A stretch of DNA of 9,439 nucleotides, taken from Paraspadella gotoi (Eukaryota; Animalia; Chaetognatha). A model generated the notes under the pieces. The model was not told the DNA's origin, searched no databases, and saw only the letters and a list, made by a program, of their open reading frames with translations. Position 1 is the stretch's first letter, and the number at the start of each line of letters is the position of its first letter. Shown here piece by piece: positions 1 through 8,619 of the stretch. Both the position numbers and the translations under genes were made by a program. The stretch is from the NCBI GenBank assembly GCA_051294375.1, contig CM119267.1, positions 16,380,560-16,389,998 on the forward strand. The letters are read 5' to 3'.

Positions 1-305
1 ATACTAAATTTTTAACGGTTTTTTTTTTTACAAGTTTTCTACAAGTTTTAGGAGAGTTTTCATGCGTTAATGCGTCGTTATAAAAGTATAAATTCGATTT
101 TTGGTTCGTTGTAATTCGTGGAATAAGTTAGGGGAAGAACGACGGATCTTTATCTCTCGTTATTATTTAAATACTAACAGTTTTTAAATAATAAAAAGCC
201 CAGTCATATCTAAAGTAGTAAATATTTGCTAAAAGGCAATTTTTTAAAAAATTATTGTCGCTGCATACTGTGCATAGACGTCCTGATCTGAGCAAAATGC
301 GCATA

Positions 306-311
306 TTTATT
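306..311 (-). promoter_or_regulatory. Candidate polyadenylation signal AATAAA
   Basis: TTTATT on the plus strand, about 100 nt downstream of the tentative stop codon. The hexamer is common by chance in AT-rich DNA. Confidence 0.25.
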
Positions 312-411
312 ACCTCTTTTTTCGCTGGATGCGCCCAAATTTAAAATATTTAGAACGTAACGACTTTCAGCCCCCTCCCCCATTCCAAATTTTTTTTCTT
401 TCTCTCTTTTG

Positions 412-470
412 TCACGAATTCGGATTCTGGGTCGTTAGTCGGTCCCAGGTGATCCTCCGCCTCAGGTGTC
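412..470 (-). CDS. Tentative terminal coding exon: (G)HLRRRITWDRLTTQNPNS*
   Basis: Phase-compatible with exon 871-686 (G+GA = Gly) and ends in TGA at 414-412. A branch-like CTAAC (488-484) precedes the first AG (472-471). However, the acceptor is a weak AAG without an adjacent pyrimidine tract, and the same bases also read as a donor (cgg|gtaagg). Confidence 0.35.
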
Positions 471-525
471 CTTACCCGAGTTTGTTAGGGAGAGACGATG
501 TGATTAAAAAAAAAGTAAAGATGAG

Positions 526-622
526 AGACGAGCAGACAGACAAAGGGACATGACAGACAGACTGACTGACATACTGACAGAGAGACCGAAATACATACAG
601 TTAGAAGGACAAACAGACTGGG
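526..622 (+). repeat. Degenerate (GACA/GACT)n tetranucleotide microsatellite, intronic
   Basis: cagacagacaaagggacatgacagacagactgactgacatactgacagagagac... Confidence 0.8.
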
Positions 623-685
623 AGAAAGACATCGCAAGAGAGAGCCACTTAGAGAGACACACTAACAAGCCCATTTGGTACTCAC

Positions 686-871
686 CTAAACAATCTAGGT
701 GTTGGTCCCCCTCAGCCCCGGGAGGGCCGTGGCCGGGGAGGGCTTGGCCCGAATGGCCCGAAGAGGTGAGGCTGATGAGGCGATGCTCGTCCGAGGGGCC
801 GTCGTCCGATGGAGGGTAAGGGGAGACGGGGGCAAAGTGACTGTGAGACGGAAGGCTGTTGGTTTTGGACC
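686..871 (-). CDS. Internal coding exon (186 nt, phase 1-1) of an unidentified spliced gene; Ser/Pro/Gly/His-rich, likely disordered segment
   Basis: The minus strand shows a polypyrimidine acceptor (ctctccctttgtctcttctttccag|) and a consensus donor (tag|gtgagt). The exon is GC-rich in AT/GA-rich surroundings. Only one of three frames is open: SKTNSLPSHSHFAPVSPYPPSDDGPSDEHRLISLTSSGHSGQALPGHGPPGAEGDQHLDCL (2+183+1 nt). Confidence 0.75.
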
Positions 872-1451
872 CTGGAAAGAAGAGACAAAGGGAGAGGGGA
901 GAGAGAATGGAAGATTAGAATTGTTAAATTTGTTTGAACTTTGAACACGCTATGCTTTACTAATGAGTGTTACAATCAACATAAAAATTATCTCATATTG
1001 TTTCAATAGTTATGCTATCTTGTTCCATTAACATCAGACAGGCTATTATGGGTTTACGACCTCTATCCCTCTTACAAGACCCCGTAAGCTTTCAATCGAG
1101 GCTTTTACTGTCTATTATTTTTATTCTAAAGATTTTATTAAGAGAAGAATCATGTGAAATGTATTTAAGTACTACACAATCTATCAAAAGCTAATTTCTT
1201 TTATTCCCTTCAGAGGTCGAAAACATGAGCGTTTTGCTATGAATATGATATCAAAATAAAATCCGCAAACAAAAAAAAAATATTGAATAAAACAAGTTTA
1301 AAAAAAAAAAAGTAAGTGGCTACTTGATGAAACGCTCGTGTTTCTCTCGCTTTTCTCTGTCGAATTCCCGACTTGTCTCGCTTGTCAACCGAGGAAAGCG
1401 TTTCTTGATAAATTGAAAAATGTATTTTTTTTTTTTTAAAGAGTCGCTTAC

Positions 1452-1570
1452 ACTCGTTCCCCAGCCTCCCTCTCCGCCCTACGGAGCGGCCCCTGACGTT
1501 TTTGATGGACGGGTGAGAAATAGCTCTCCCGGTTTGGTCGGGGTTAAAGTGTCGAATCCAACGCGAAAAA
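1452..1570 (-). CDS. Internal coding exon (119 nt, phase 2-1) upstream of exon 871-686
   Basis: Acceptor is cccccgtcgtctttgcaattcag| and donor is agt|gtaagc. Only one frame is open: FSRWIRHFNPDQTGRAISHPSIKNVRGRSVGRRGRLGNE. The leftover T joins the GG of exon 871-686 to give TGG (Trp) in that exon's only open frame, across a 580-nt GT-AG intron. Confidence 0.65.
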
Positions 1571-1774
1571 CTGAATTGCAAAGACGACGGGGGTTTTTTT
1601 TTTCCTTCAGAAATTAAGAGGGCGCGTCGAACGCCGAAGGGGAAAACTATGACGTCGACGACGACGATGGTGACGACGACAACAAAGGCGTCTGAGAGTA
1701 AGACGACCAAAAAGACCCCAAGATTTGGGTAAATTGAAGGTTCGAGACAAAGTGGCATGAGCTCTTGTGCGAAT

Positions 1775-1778
<4 letters not shown>

Positions 1779-1826
<48 letters not shown>
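1779..1826 (+). repeat. (AG)24 microsatellite
   Basis: Perfect dinucleotide run. Confidence 0.97.
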
Positions 1827-1828
<2 letters not shown>

Positions 1829-1910
1829 ATGATATTCAGATTAAATCTCTCTTTCTTCCGTCTCTTTTTAGTCCCAAGATGCTTTCCACCGATTATTTTT
1901 TTTCTATTCT

Positions 1911-2188
1911 CAGAGAAAAAGAAAAGAAAAAAGAGAGGAAAAAAGATAGGAACAAGAGAGGGAAAAAAGAGAAGTGAAAGGGCGAAAGAGGGAATTTTTT
2001 TGGGGGCGAAAAAGTCTTCGGAAGAAAAAGTGCCTCCTGTCTCCTTATTTCTTTTAATTCATTTTTTTTCCTTTCCAACCCTCGCTCTCCGTGAAAGTTT
2101 TCCTCCCTCCCGTTTCCTCTTCTTTTTTTCTCCTTTTGTACCTCTCTCTTTCCTTTCCTCCCTCCGTGCCCTTTTCTTTTTCCCTTCT
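1911..2188. repeat. Low-complexity purine-rich block followed by pyrimidine-rich block
   Basis: About 1911-2030 is mostly A/G and about 2033-2188 is mostly C/T. Confidence 0.8.
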
Positions 2189-2317
2189 AATTTGAATAAA
2201 GTCGTAAAGGGCTTTACAAAGCGGCTCCCAGCTAATTGATTCGAGATGTCCTTCCCTTTTACAAGGAAGAACATTAACGGTTTCAATTCCCGAGGAACAT
2301 CTTTCCGAAGAGAGAGA

Positions 2318-2511
2318 NNNNNNNNNNNNNNNNNNNNNNNNNNNNNNNNNNNNNNNNNNNNNNNNNNNNNNNNNNNNNNNNNNNNNNNNNNNNNNNNNNN
2401 NNNNNNNNNNNNNNNNNNNNNNNNNNNNNNNNNNNNNNNNNNNNNNNNNNNNNNNNNNNNNNNNNNNNNNNNNNNNNNNNNNNNNNNNNNNNNNNNNNNN
2501 NNNNNNNNNNN
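2318..2511. other. Assembly gap (194 N) next to a GA run
   Basis: N-run. Confidence 0.99.
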
Positions 2512-2806
2512 TTTCGTTTTAATATGCGTTACAAACATAATGTAAACGAGCTCGTCGGGTCAGTATGGAAATATCAAAGTTCTTTTTTCAATCCTCGAAC
2601 TTCATTATTTGTGTTTCAGTAGAATCGGGAAAATAAACAGTTGTGAATAAACGAAGTATTGCAAAAAGGAATGAAATAAAGGAACAGCTGCTGTCGCAAA
2701 CAGAAAGAAACAGTAGATCTGTTTCCTTGAAGACGAGCGTTAAAATCTCGGTCGCCGTCTCGGTCCGAAACGCATGGATGTCCGAGAAAAAGAGACGGAT
2801 GTTGAG

Positions 2807-2808
<2 letters not shown>

Positions 2809-2842
<34 letters not shown>
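2809..2842 (+). repeat. (CT)17 microsatellite
   Basis: Perfect dinucleotide run. Confidence 0.97.
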
Positions 2843-2845
<3 letters not shown>

Positions 2846-3066
2846 CAGAAGTGATTAAGTAAATGTAAATCCATGAATTAAAGACTTCGTAAAAGAGAGA
2901 ACTGACGTTAAAGCAAGTCAGAACAGAACAGAAGGGATACGCGTCAGTTCTTTTATGTTTAAAAATTTGGTACCTTTTTTATTTATAACTTTCTCTCGCT
3001 CTCTCTTTTTCTTTCACACCGCGCGCCATAACTCGACCCTTGGCGCGCCCCCTTTCGAATTCTTAC

Positions 3067-3119
3067 CGTGGTCCTCTCGTATTTCATTCCCTCCATCGCC
3101 TGTACGAGGCGCCGCAGTC
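3067..3119 (-). CDS. Candidate 53-nt internal exon, preferred reading (G)LRRLVQAMEGMKYERTT
   Basis: Acceptor is ccatctctctggtttttttag| and donor is acg|gtaaga. Two frames are open (alternative TAAPRTGDGGNEIREDH). Neither ends in phase 2, so direct joining to exon 1570-1452 fails and an intervening exon, e.g. in the 2318-2511 gap, would be needed. Confidence 0.5.
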
Positions 3120-3256
3120 CTAAAAAAACCAGAGAGATGGCGCTTCGGATGCGAGAGGTTTGCGGGAAGAGAAGAGAGCGACTGCAAAGGTCAGTTTACT
3201 ATGAGGTAAGTCACCGAGGAAACTAGTCCATCCAAAGACTCGCCTCCCCTTTTTCT

Positions 3257-3266
3257 NNNNNNNNNN
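3257..3266. other. Assembly gap (10 N)
   Basis: N-run. Confidence 0.99.
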
Positions 3267-3500
3267 CACGAGGCGACCTCAAGCGGAAAAAGAAGCGAAC
3301 GAGAAAGTAAGATATGAGAATAAGGAGAATAAAGGAGAGGAAGCGGAAGCGAGAGAGAGAGAGAGTGAGAAATGGGTAAGTTACGAAATGGGAGAGGAGG
3401 AGAAACGAGGTATAAATATATAAATAGCAAAGGGCGAGGAATGGTCTCTTTTTTGTGGGTGGCTCGGGTAAGTTATGACTTTGGGCGTGATGAATGGAGA

Positions 3501-3681
3501 NNNNNNNNNNNNNNNNNNNNNNNNNNNNNNNNNNNNNNNNNNNNNNNNNNNNNNNNNNNNNNNNNNNNNNNNNNNNNNNNNNNNNNNNNNNNNNNNNNNN
3601 NNNNNNNNNNNNNNNNNNNNNNNNNNNNNNNNNNNNNNNNNNNNNNNNNNNNNNNNNNNNNNNNNNNNNNNNNNNNNNNNN
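3501..3681. other. Assembly gap (181 N) flanked by GA repeats
   Basis: N-run. Confidence 0.99.
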
Positions 3682-3840
3682 AGAGAGAGAGAGAGCGCCG
3701 TCCTCCGGAGGGGATTTTGGCTCCCCGAATCCAACATTTAAATGCATTTTTCTGGCGGCCTTTTTTATTTTTCACCGTCGAAGCGAAGCGGCGCTGAATT
3801 ACGACGGATTTGACGAGGGTCGACGCTGGAGTTGGTAAGA

Positions 3841-4068
3841 GGGGTGAAAGGTGGATGAGGGCGGGTAAGGTTGGTGTGAAAGGTTAGTAGATTGTTATAT
3901 GTTGTATGTGTGGGTGAATGTCTTGAATAGGTCGAGTGGGAGAGATATTTTTGTCACGGTTGTATTTCAGATAGAATCTAGGTTAAATAACAGTACATTT
4001 TTCTCTATCTGAAATGAACAGCTTTGTTCAGCGGCCTTAGCCACTCTCACCCAATCTCCTTTCACCCC
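3841..4068. repeat. Fold-back element with imperfect 33/37-nt terminal inverted repeats (old MITE-like element or RNA duplex)
   Basis: 3841-3873 ggggtgaaagg----tggatgagggcgggtaaggttg versus reverse complement of 4032-4068 ggggtgaaaggagattgggtgagagtggctaaggccg: 27/33 identities plus one 4-nt indel. There is also an internal perfect 12-bp inverted repeat at 3964-3975/4004-4015. Confidence 0.6.
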
Positions 4069-4254
4069 CAACATTTTCCTCGCTGACTCAACACGAAACT
4101 TGAATCGCGACCTTCAACTTCTGTTTTTCTTTCGTTTCCGTCGTCGCGAGTCGTTTCCGGTCACGTGACTTTTCGCCCCCTCGATGCTCTTTTTTTTTGG
4201 CGTTCCGTTTTTTTTTCGAGCGCCAAAATTTTACGACTTTTTTTCCTCTCTCTC

Positions 4255-4436
4255 NNNNNNNNNNNNNNNNNNNNNNNNNNNNNNNNNNNNNNNNNNNNNN
4301 NNNNNNNNNNNNNNNNNNNNNNNNNNNNNNNNNNNNNNNNNNNNNNNNNNNNNNNNNNNNNNNNNNNNNNNNNNNNNNNNNNNNNNNNNNNNNNNNNNNN
4401 NNNNNNNNNNNNNNNNNNNNNNNNNNNNNNNNNNNN
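4255..4436. other. Assembly gap (182 N) after a TC run
   Basis: N-run. Confidence 0.99.
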
Positions 4437-4746
4437 ATTGCGACGCAACTAAAGATCGAAAGTTTTGAGCTAACGCAACGGTGAATCGAATCGTAAACCC
4501 AATTTTGAAGCCGCAAAAAACGCATTTCGTAGCTATAACCGAACCTCCTAGCACCGCGCATCCTACGAAAAATATTTGTCAAAAGGGATGGAAACAAAAA
4601 AAGTCATGGATGTGGAAGGCGACGAAAAAAATTTTTTTTTTGAAGGTTGGCCCAATGGGAAGGAAGGAAGGGCAAAAGGGTGGCGCGAAAAAGGCTTTGA
4701 TGCAATTTACCATAAAGTCGATATCGGTGAGTGCAGATCCAATATT

Positions 4747-4784
<38 letters not shown>

Positions 4785-5235
4785 ATCGTCGATTGCGCAG
4801 ACCGCGCAACTAAAGATCACCGCGAAAGAAAGTTTTTGACTAACGCACGGTGAATGAACGAATCCGATAAGACCCAATAATTTAGAAGAGCCCGCAAAAA
4901 AGCGCGCATTCGTTAGCTATAACGAAAACCTTGTGCCTACGCACCCGCTCGCATCCCTAAACAAAAAATTAATTTTCAAAAGCGGATGGACATACAAACA
5001 AAGTCCAGATGGTGGAAGGGCGACGGAAACAAAATTGTTTTCTTTGAAGGTTGCCCCCAATGGAAGAAAGGAACGGGGCAAACAAGGGTGCTGCGACAAA
5101 AGGCTTTTGATGCAAATTTACCATAAAGTCATATCGAGTTGAGTGCACGCATCCAATATTAGTACTTCTCTCTCGCTTCTCTCCTCTCCTCTCTCTCTCT
5201 CTCCTTCTCTCTCTCTCTCTCTCTTCCTATCTCCG
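4437..5235 (+). repeat. Tandem duplication: ~355-nt unit (4437-4791) and an insertion-riddled ~440-nt copy (4792-~5235), each ending in a (TC)n tract
   Basis: Collinear shared words such as gcaactaaagatc, ctaacgca, ccgcaaaaaa, tagctataac, ttgaaggttg, atttaccataaagtc and atccaatattagt, followed by (TC)n. Confidence 0.92.
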
Positions 5236-7335
5236 CCATTTTTTTTCTCAAAATAAAAAAGGTGAGCGATCGCGAAAGGATGATATCGGGTTTTTATGGC
5301 GGGAGAAAAAAGATGGGCCTGCCATCATACGGAGAGCATGTGGTATACTCGAGATTTGTCGGCGAGGAAGCCACGGGTCGTTCCGGCCACCGAGCCTCTT
5401 TGTCCACCACTGGCCGGCACCACGCGCCCCGGCCAACATTATGCCGCCGAGGACTTGAACGGGTCGCGCGATCGATGCGAGAAAAAAAACTTCTGATCGC
5501 GAGAAATCGCCGGAATCAACAGGACTTGCGTCCCGGGAAATCGTGGTCACGGAATTGTTTTGTTTTCTCTTTGCCGCTGCCACTTCTCTTCCATTTTAAA
5601 ATTCACCCAATATTTTTTTGGGGAAAACAACCAGTTAGTATATTACTAAAAATAACTTTCTGGCAAATACAAGGCTATTGTCCTGACCTAAAAAGCTGAT
5701 GGTCGGACCAAAAATTTGCACATGAGAGAGAGAGAGCCATGAAAACTTACATTACAATGTTTTGAACTCCGTTTTTACACAGTCATTCGTTTCTTCTAGT
5801 TACTTCTATTTTGGCTTTGTAAAAATCAAGATTTTATGTTAATATTAAATTAGTTAATAGGCAATGAGGGAAAAAAAAAATTTGTTTACACAAAAAATTA
5901 TTAAAAAAACATTTTACAATTAGTGCCACAAACATTGATCATTATTAAAAAAATAACTGAACAACTGTTTCCTTTGTATTAAAATTTTAAAGCAACTAAC
6001 AAATTAACATTCAGAAGACCAGCAAGGATCCAACTTGTTGCGCGCTTGTGATTTCTACGGTCACAAAACACTGTCCTTTTACTAGATAATGACTTATGAA
6101 ATTGGTTACAATCAATATAAAAGTTATCCATTTCATTTAGATTAAATAAAGCTATCTTGCCCCTGACCTTCTGCGCGTTTAAGCCTGTCCTCTCACTTCT
6201 CAGTTTCCATTCCATTAATTATGAACTTATTTATGTTTCCTAATTTAAAACACTTGACACATCGACCAAGAGCCGAAACATGTCTGGTTTCTAACAATGA
6301 AAATAAAATCAACTATACGTTGTCAAAACTAAGCTCAAAACTCTCCTCTAGAACCACTGCAAAATTAAAAACAAAATATTTCTCTTTCTCCACATCTAAA
6401 CCCATTTTAATTGGATTTAATTAAGTTTTTAACTCTTAAATATCCGATGTACACTAAATACTCTAATTTTATTCCCACAAACAGTATCTATGCAAAGTTT
6501 TAACCCTTCTTTTGTCTGGACGTGAAGCCTGACCTTCGTACGCGAATATTTTTTGAGAGGCTCCCTCTTATTACGAGATGTGCGCGGAGTAGTCGAGCGA
6601 CAACGCCTCTTCGAAACAATAAGCCCGAGCCAAAAACAGGTTTGTCTGTGATATCTTTAAGAGGTAATTCCTGAAGCAATTTCGCCCTCGACACCAGTAT
6701 CTTTTTCTACTATCATTCTTTAATATCATCTACTAAATAGAAATTGTAATTTTTTTTGTTCCAGCTTTTAAAAAATCATAAATACTCAAAATGATAACAA
6801 ATGAAAATTAAAGAAAAATAGAAAAATAATGAGGGAAAATACAGAATGCAATTATCAGAAAATTCACAAAATCATAGAAGCATAGAACATTCTAAAAAAC
6901 AAAACATACAATCCGAGAGAAGAGAGACGAAGGAGCTGCTGTGACCAATTATTTTTTCACAAGTTCAATTGTTTATTTATTTCCTTCCTTTTTTTAATTT
7001 ATTATTATCTATTATCATTTATTTTTCAATATTTTTTATTTCTTTTGAGATTAAAGGAAAGAGAAGAAAAAAGTCCTCGATCCGCGACTTTCAGCATCCT
7101 CGTAGGGTTATCCGCGCGGACTCCGACACGAGCGCGATCCCAGTTGGAAGGGGAGAGAAGAGAAGCATGAACGAGAACGGAGAATGACCCATGTCGGTAG
7201 GTCCAGTTTCGGGTCAGCGTCCGCGACCTGCAGCGCGGACCGGCAGCGAGACACTACATAGCGGTCAGCCGGAAACACAATAGTGCGATTGTACAAAATT
7301 AGGTCGTCGCCAAGTTGCAAGTATATATGCTCTCA

Positions 7336-7602
7336 GGAGAGAGACGAGAGAGATGAGCGAGAGAGAGACGCATGGAGAGAGAGTGAGAGAGAGAAGAGAG
7401 CGAGATGTGAAGAGGCTAACAAGGAGCTTCGTCCTCTGTATGAGCAAAAGAATCATAAAACCGCCCAGAAAATGACCCTTGGTAAACTGACCACAGACAG
7501 AAGAGGGGATGAGAGTGAGAGAGAGAGAGAGAAAGAGAGAGAGGAGAGAGAGAGAGAGAGAGGAGAGAGAAGAGAGAGAGGGAGAGAGAGAGAGAAAGAT
7601 AA
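7336..7602 (+). repeat. Degenerate (GA)n purine-rich tracts (about 7336-7405 and 7500-7602)
   Basis: Interrupted GAGA runs, which account for the ERER/SLSL pseudo-ORFs. Confidence 0.9.
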
Positions 7603-7634
7603 GATGGCGCGCATGGGGTCTCCGCAAAAGCCAT

Positions 7635-8001
7635 TGCCGTTACCACAAAAGTAAACGTCTTTACGCACGAAAACATCTTTTTTTCCCCTTAAGAATGTTT
7701 TCTTTTTTTTCTTTAGTTTGCCTTATTGGTCCTCTTTTTTTGTTTGCTTTTCGTTTTCCCTCCGTCGGCGTGCCCTCTATCGCCGACGAATTTAACCTTC
7801 GCGCCGGCGAACTGAAAAAGAAAACAAGAACGGTAATCCAATGTATTGCGCGCAGTGACTTTATTTTTAAAGTATATTTCTCTTTGATCACATAATATGA
7901 CATGACATGACATGACTAAAAACTTTTTTTCCCCGTGTATTTATGACTTGCCACTGTATCAAAAATCGTATTTTTATTCTTTATAGCTTAGAAATTCCAA
8001 A
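7635..8001 (+). repeat. Copy 1 of a direct repeat of at least 365 nt
   Basis: Nearly identical to 9074-9439 (tgccgttaccacaaaag...agaaattcc). Confidence 0.95.
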
Positions 8002-8094
8002 TACGGCGCTAGTAGTCCCTTAGATTTGAGGTTTTTCTGTCTTAACAAATGAGCAACCAACTTTAGGCAAGTTATATGCATTTTTAACGTAAGT

Positions 8095-8162
8095 GGACAG
8101 ACTGACGGACAGACTTACCGACCGCCCAGATAGACCGACAGACGACCGAAAAGTGGACTGGT
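8095..8162 (+). repeat. Degenerate (GACA/GACC)n microsatellite abutting a 25-N gap
   Basis: ggacagactgacggacagacttaccgaccgcccagatagaccgacagacgaccg. Confidence 0.75.
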
Positions 8163-8164
8163 AT

Positions 8165-8189
8165 NNNNNNNNNNNNNNNNNNNNNNNNN
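8165..8189. other. Assembly gap (25 N)
   Basis: N-run. Confidence 0.99.
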
Positions 8190-8619
8190 AGAGTTGCTCC
8201 GCGAGTACTCGCGGCGCAACTAAAAAGAGTAAAAGGAGAAATCCCTGTTTGTGTCAACTCGGGATGATTTTTCTCATCTCTTTCCTTCTCCAGGGTCAAA
8301 TGGCTCGAAGCTCGTGGAAAAAGAAGGAAAGGATCTCGTGAGAGATTCACAAAAAGAGAGAGAGGGAGAGTGAGAAGATCACAAAACAAGATTCACGAAC
8401 TGAAGTGGGAAAGAGAAATAGGGGAAACTGGAAAGATCAAGAGAATAAAGGTTATCGAATATTATTAAAACAAAATTTTTTATTCATTTCATTAGTATAA
8501 AACTATCACAACTAACATTAAAGAACTTCTATAACATATAAAACAAACAATCTCGAAAGGCGATCCCGAGTCGCCGCTCATGTTTAAACAGGAACGAGGA
8601 AAAAAAAAACTGATGACGA

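Noticed and set aside
772-800. CTGATGA hammerhead-like core followed by a stem
   Set aside because: The stem is followed by GAGG rather than GAAA, and the segment is the antisense of a coding exon.
1757-2239. 160-aa ORF and similar ERER/SLSL/FFFF ORFs (e.g. 7265-7895, 2643-2858)
   Set aside because: These are translations of microsatellite and low-complexity DNA, which lacks stop codons by composition.
2899-2951. 10-bp inverted repeat agaactgacg/cgtcagttct followed by T's, terminator-like
   Set aside because: The loop is over 30 nt and the context is eukaryotic, so it is not a plausible intrinsic terminator. It could be chance.
2059-4597. ORFs containing long X runs
   Set aside because: They are open only because they cross N-gaps.
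5355-5400. Minus-strand ggc-ttcctc-gcc resembling HDV-like ribozyme P3/L3
   Set aside because: No matching P1, P1.1 GG or P2 partner could be built.
6245-6292. gccGAAACATGTC, resembling the 3' half of Penelope-type minimal hammerhead ribozymes
   Set aside because: The CUGANGA core is absent (cttgaca) and stem II does not pair. At most a decayed remnant.
5979-6694. Short ORFs in an AT-rich stretch as a possible transposon remnant
   Set aside because: No recognisable RT, endonuclease or transposase motifs.
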